This document shows, in pieces, positions 63,886 to 64,000 of a stretch of DNA of 64,000 bases. The DNA comes from an uncultured delta proteobacterium (GTDB lineage: Bacteria; Desulfobacterota; Binatia; UBA9968). Location of the stretch: positions 160,001-224,000 of the forward strand of contig CAVUVW010000019.1 in assembly GCA_963745035.1 (NCBI GenBank), given 5' to 3'. A program made the position numbers and the translations under genes. The notes beneath the pieces are model-generated. The model had not been told where the DNA came from and ran no database searches. It saw only the letters and a list, made by a program, of their open reading frames with translations. The number at the start of each line of letters is the position of its first letter. The first letter of the stretch is position 1.

Positions 63886-64000
63886 ATGCGACGAACTTTG
63901 CTATGCTTTGGTTGCGTCTTGCTCATTCTGTTTTCGAGCACCGGGAGTCCATGGACAAACGCTGGAGGAGCTTCACAAGCTCGCGTTGAAGGAAGGCGGC
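63886..64000 (+). CDS. Third tandem solute-binding paralog (5' fragment)
   Basis: Signal-like start, then GQTLEELHKLALKEGG at the window edge. Confidence 0.7.
   Translation, partial: MRRTLLCFGCVLLILFSSTGSPWTNAGGASQARVEGRR

Overview
GC-rich bacterial DNA, nearly all catabolic and transport genes. Gene content and intergenic repeats resemble Candidatus Binatia or related deltaproteobacteria (inference only). The window holds two xanthine-dehydrogenase-family molybdoenzyme operons, two heme-oxygenase-like diiron (TenA/PqqC/CADD) proteins, ring-cleavage dioxygenases, two UbiD decarboxylases, many hydrolases and oxidoreductases, and about 16 solute-binding proteins but only one permease and no ABC ATPase. 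About 25 genes carry single-base frameshifts, most likely long-read consensus errors. The standout is an AT-richer island at about 41300-43240: an integron cassette array with three attC sites (one a textbook 59-bp element) and no integrase in the window. Its middle cassette is a trypsin-like serine protease gene whose central ~330 bp, including the catalytic Asp, is cleanly inverted between 3-bp ACG/CGT junctions. Flipping it back (and repairing two 1-nt deletions) gives a 260-aa His-Asp-Ser protease. Other highlights: a twice-repeated arrangement of diiron oxidase plus ring-cleavage dioxygenase divergent from a Mo-hydroxylase operon, a Cys-rich caspase-fold protein, a membrane-anchored TIR protein, and at least eight families of palindromic intergenic repeats.
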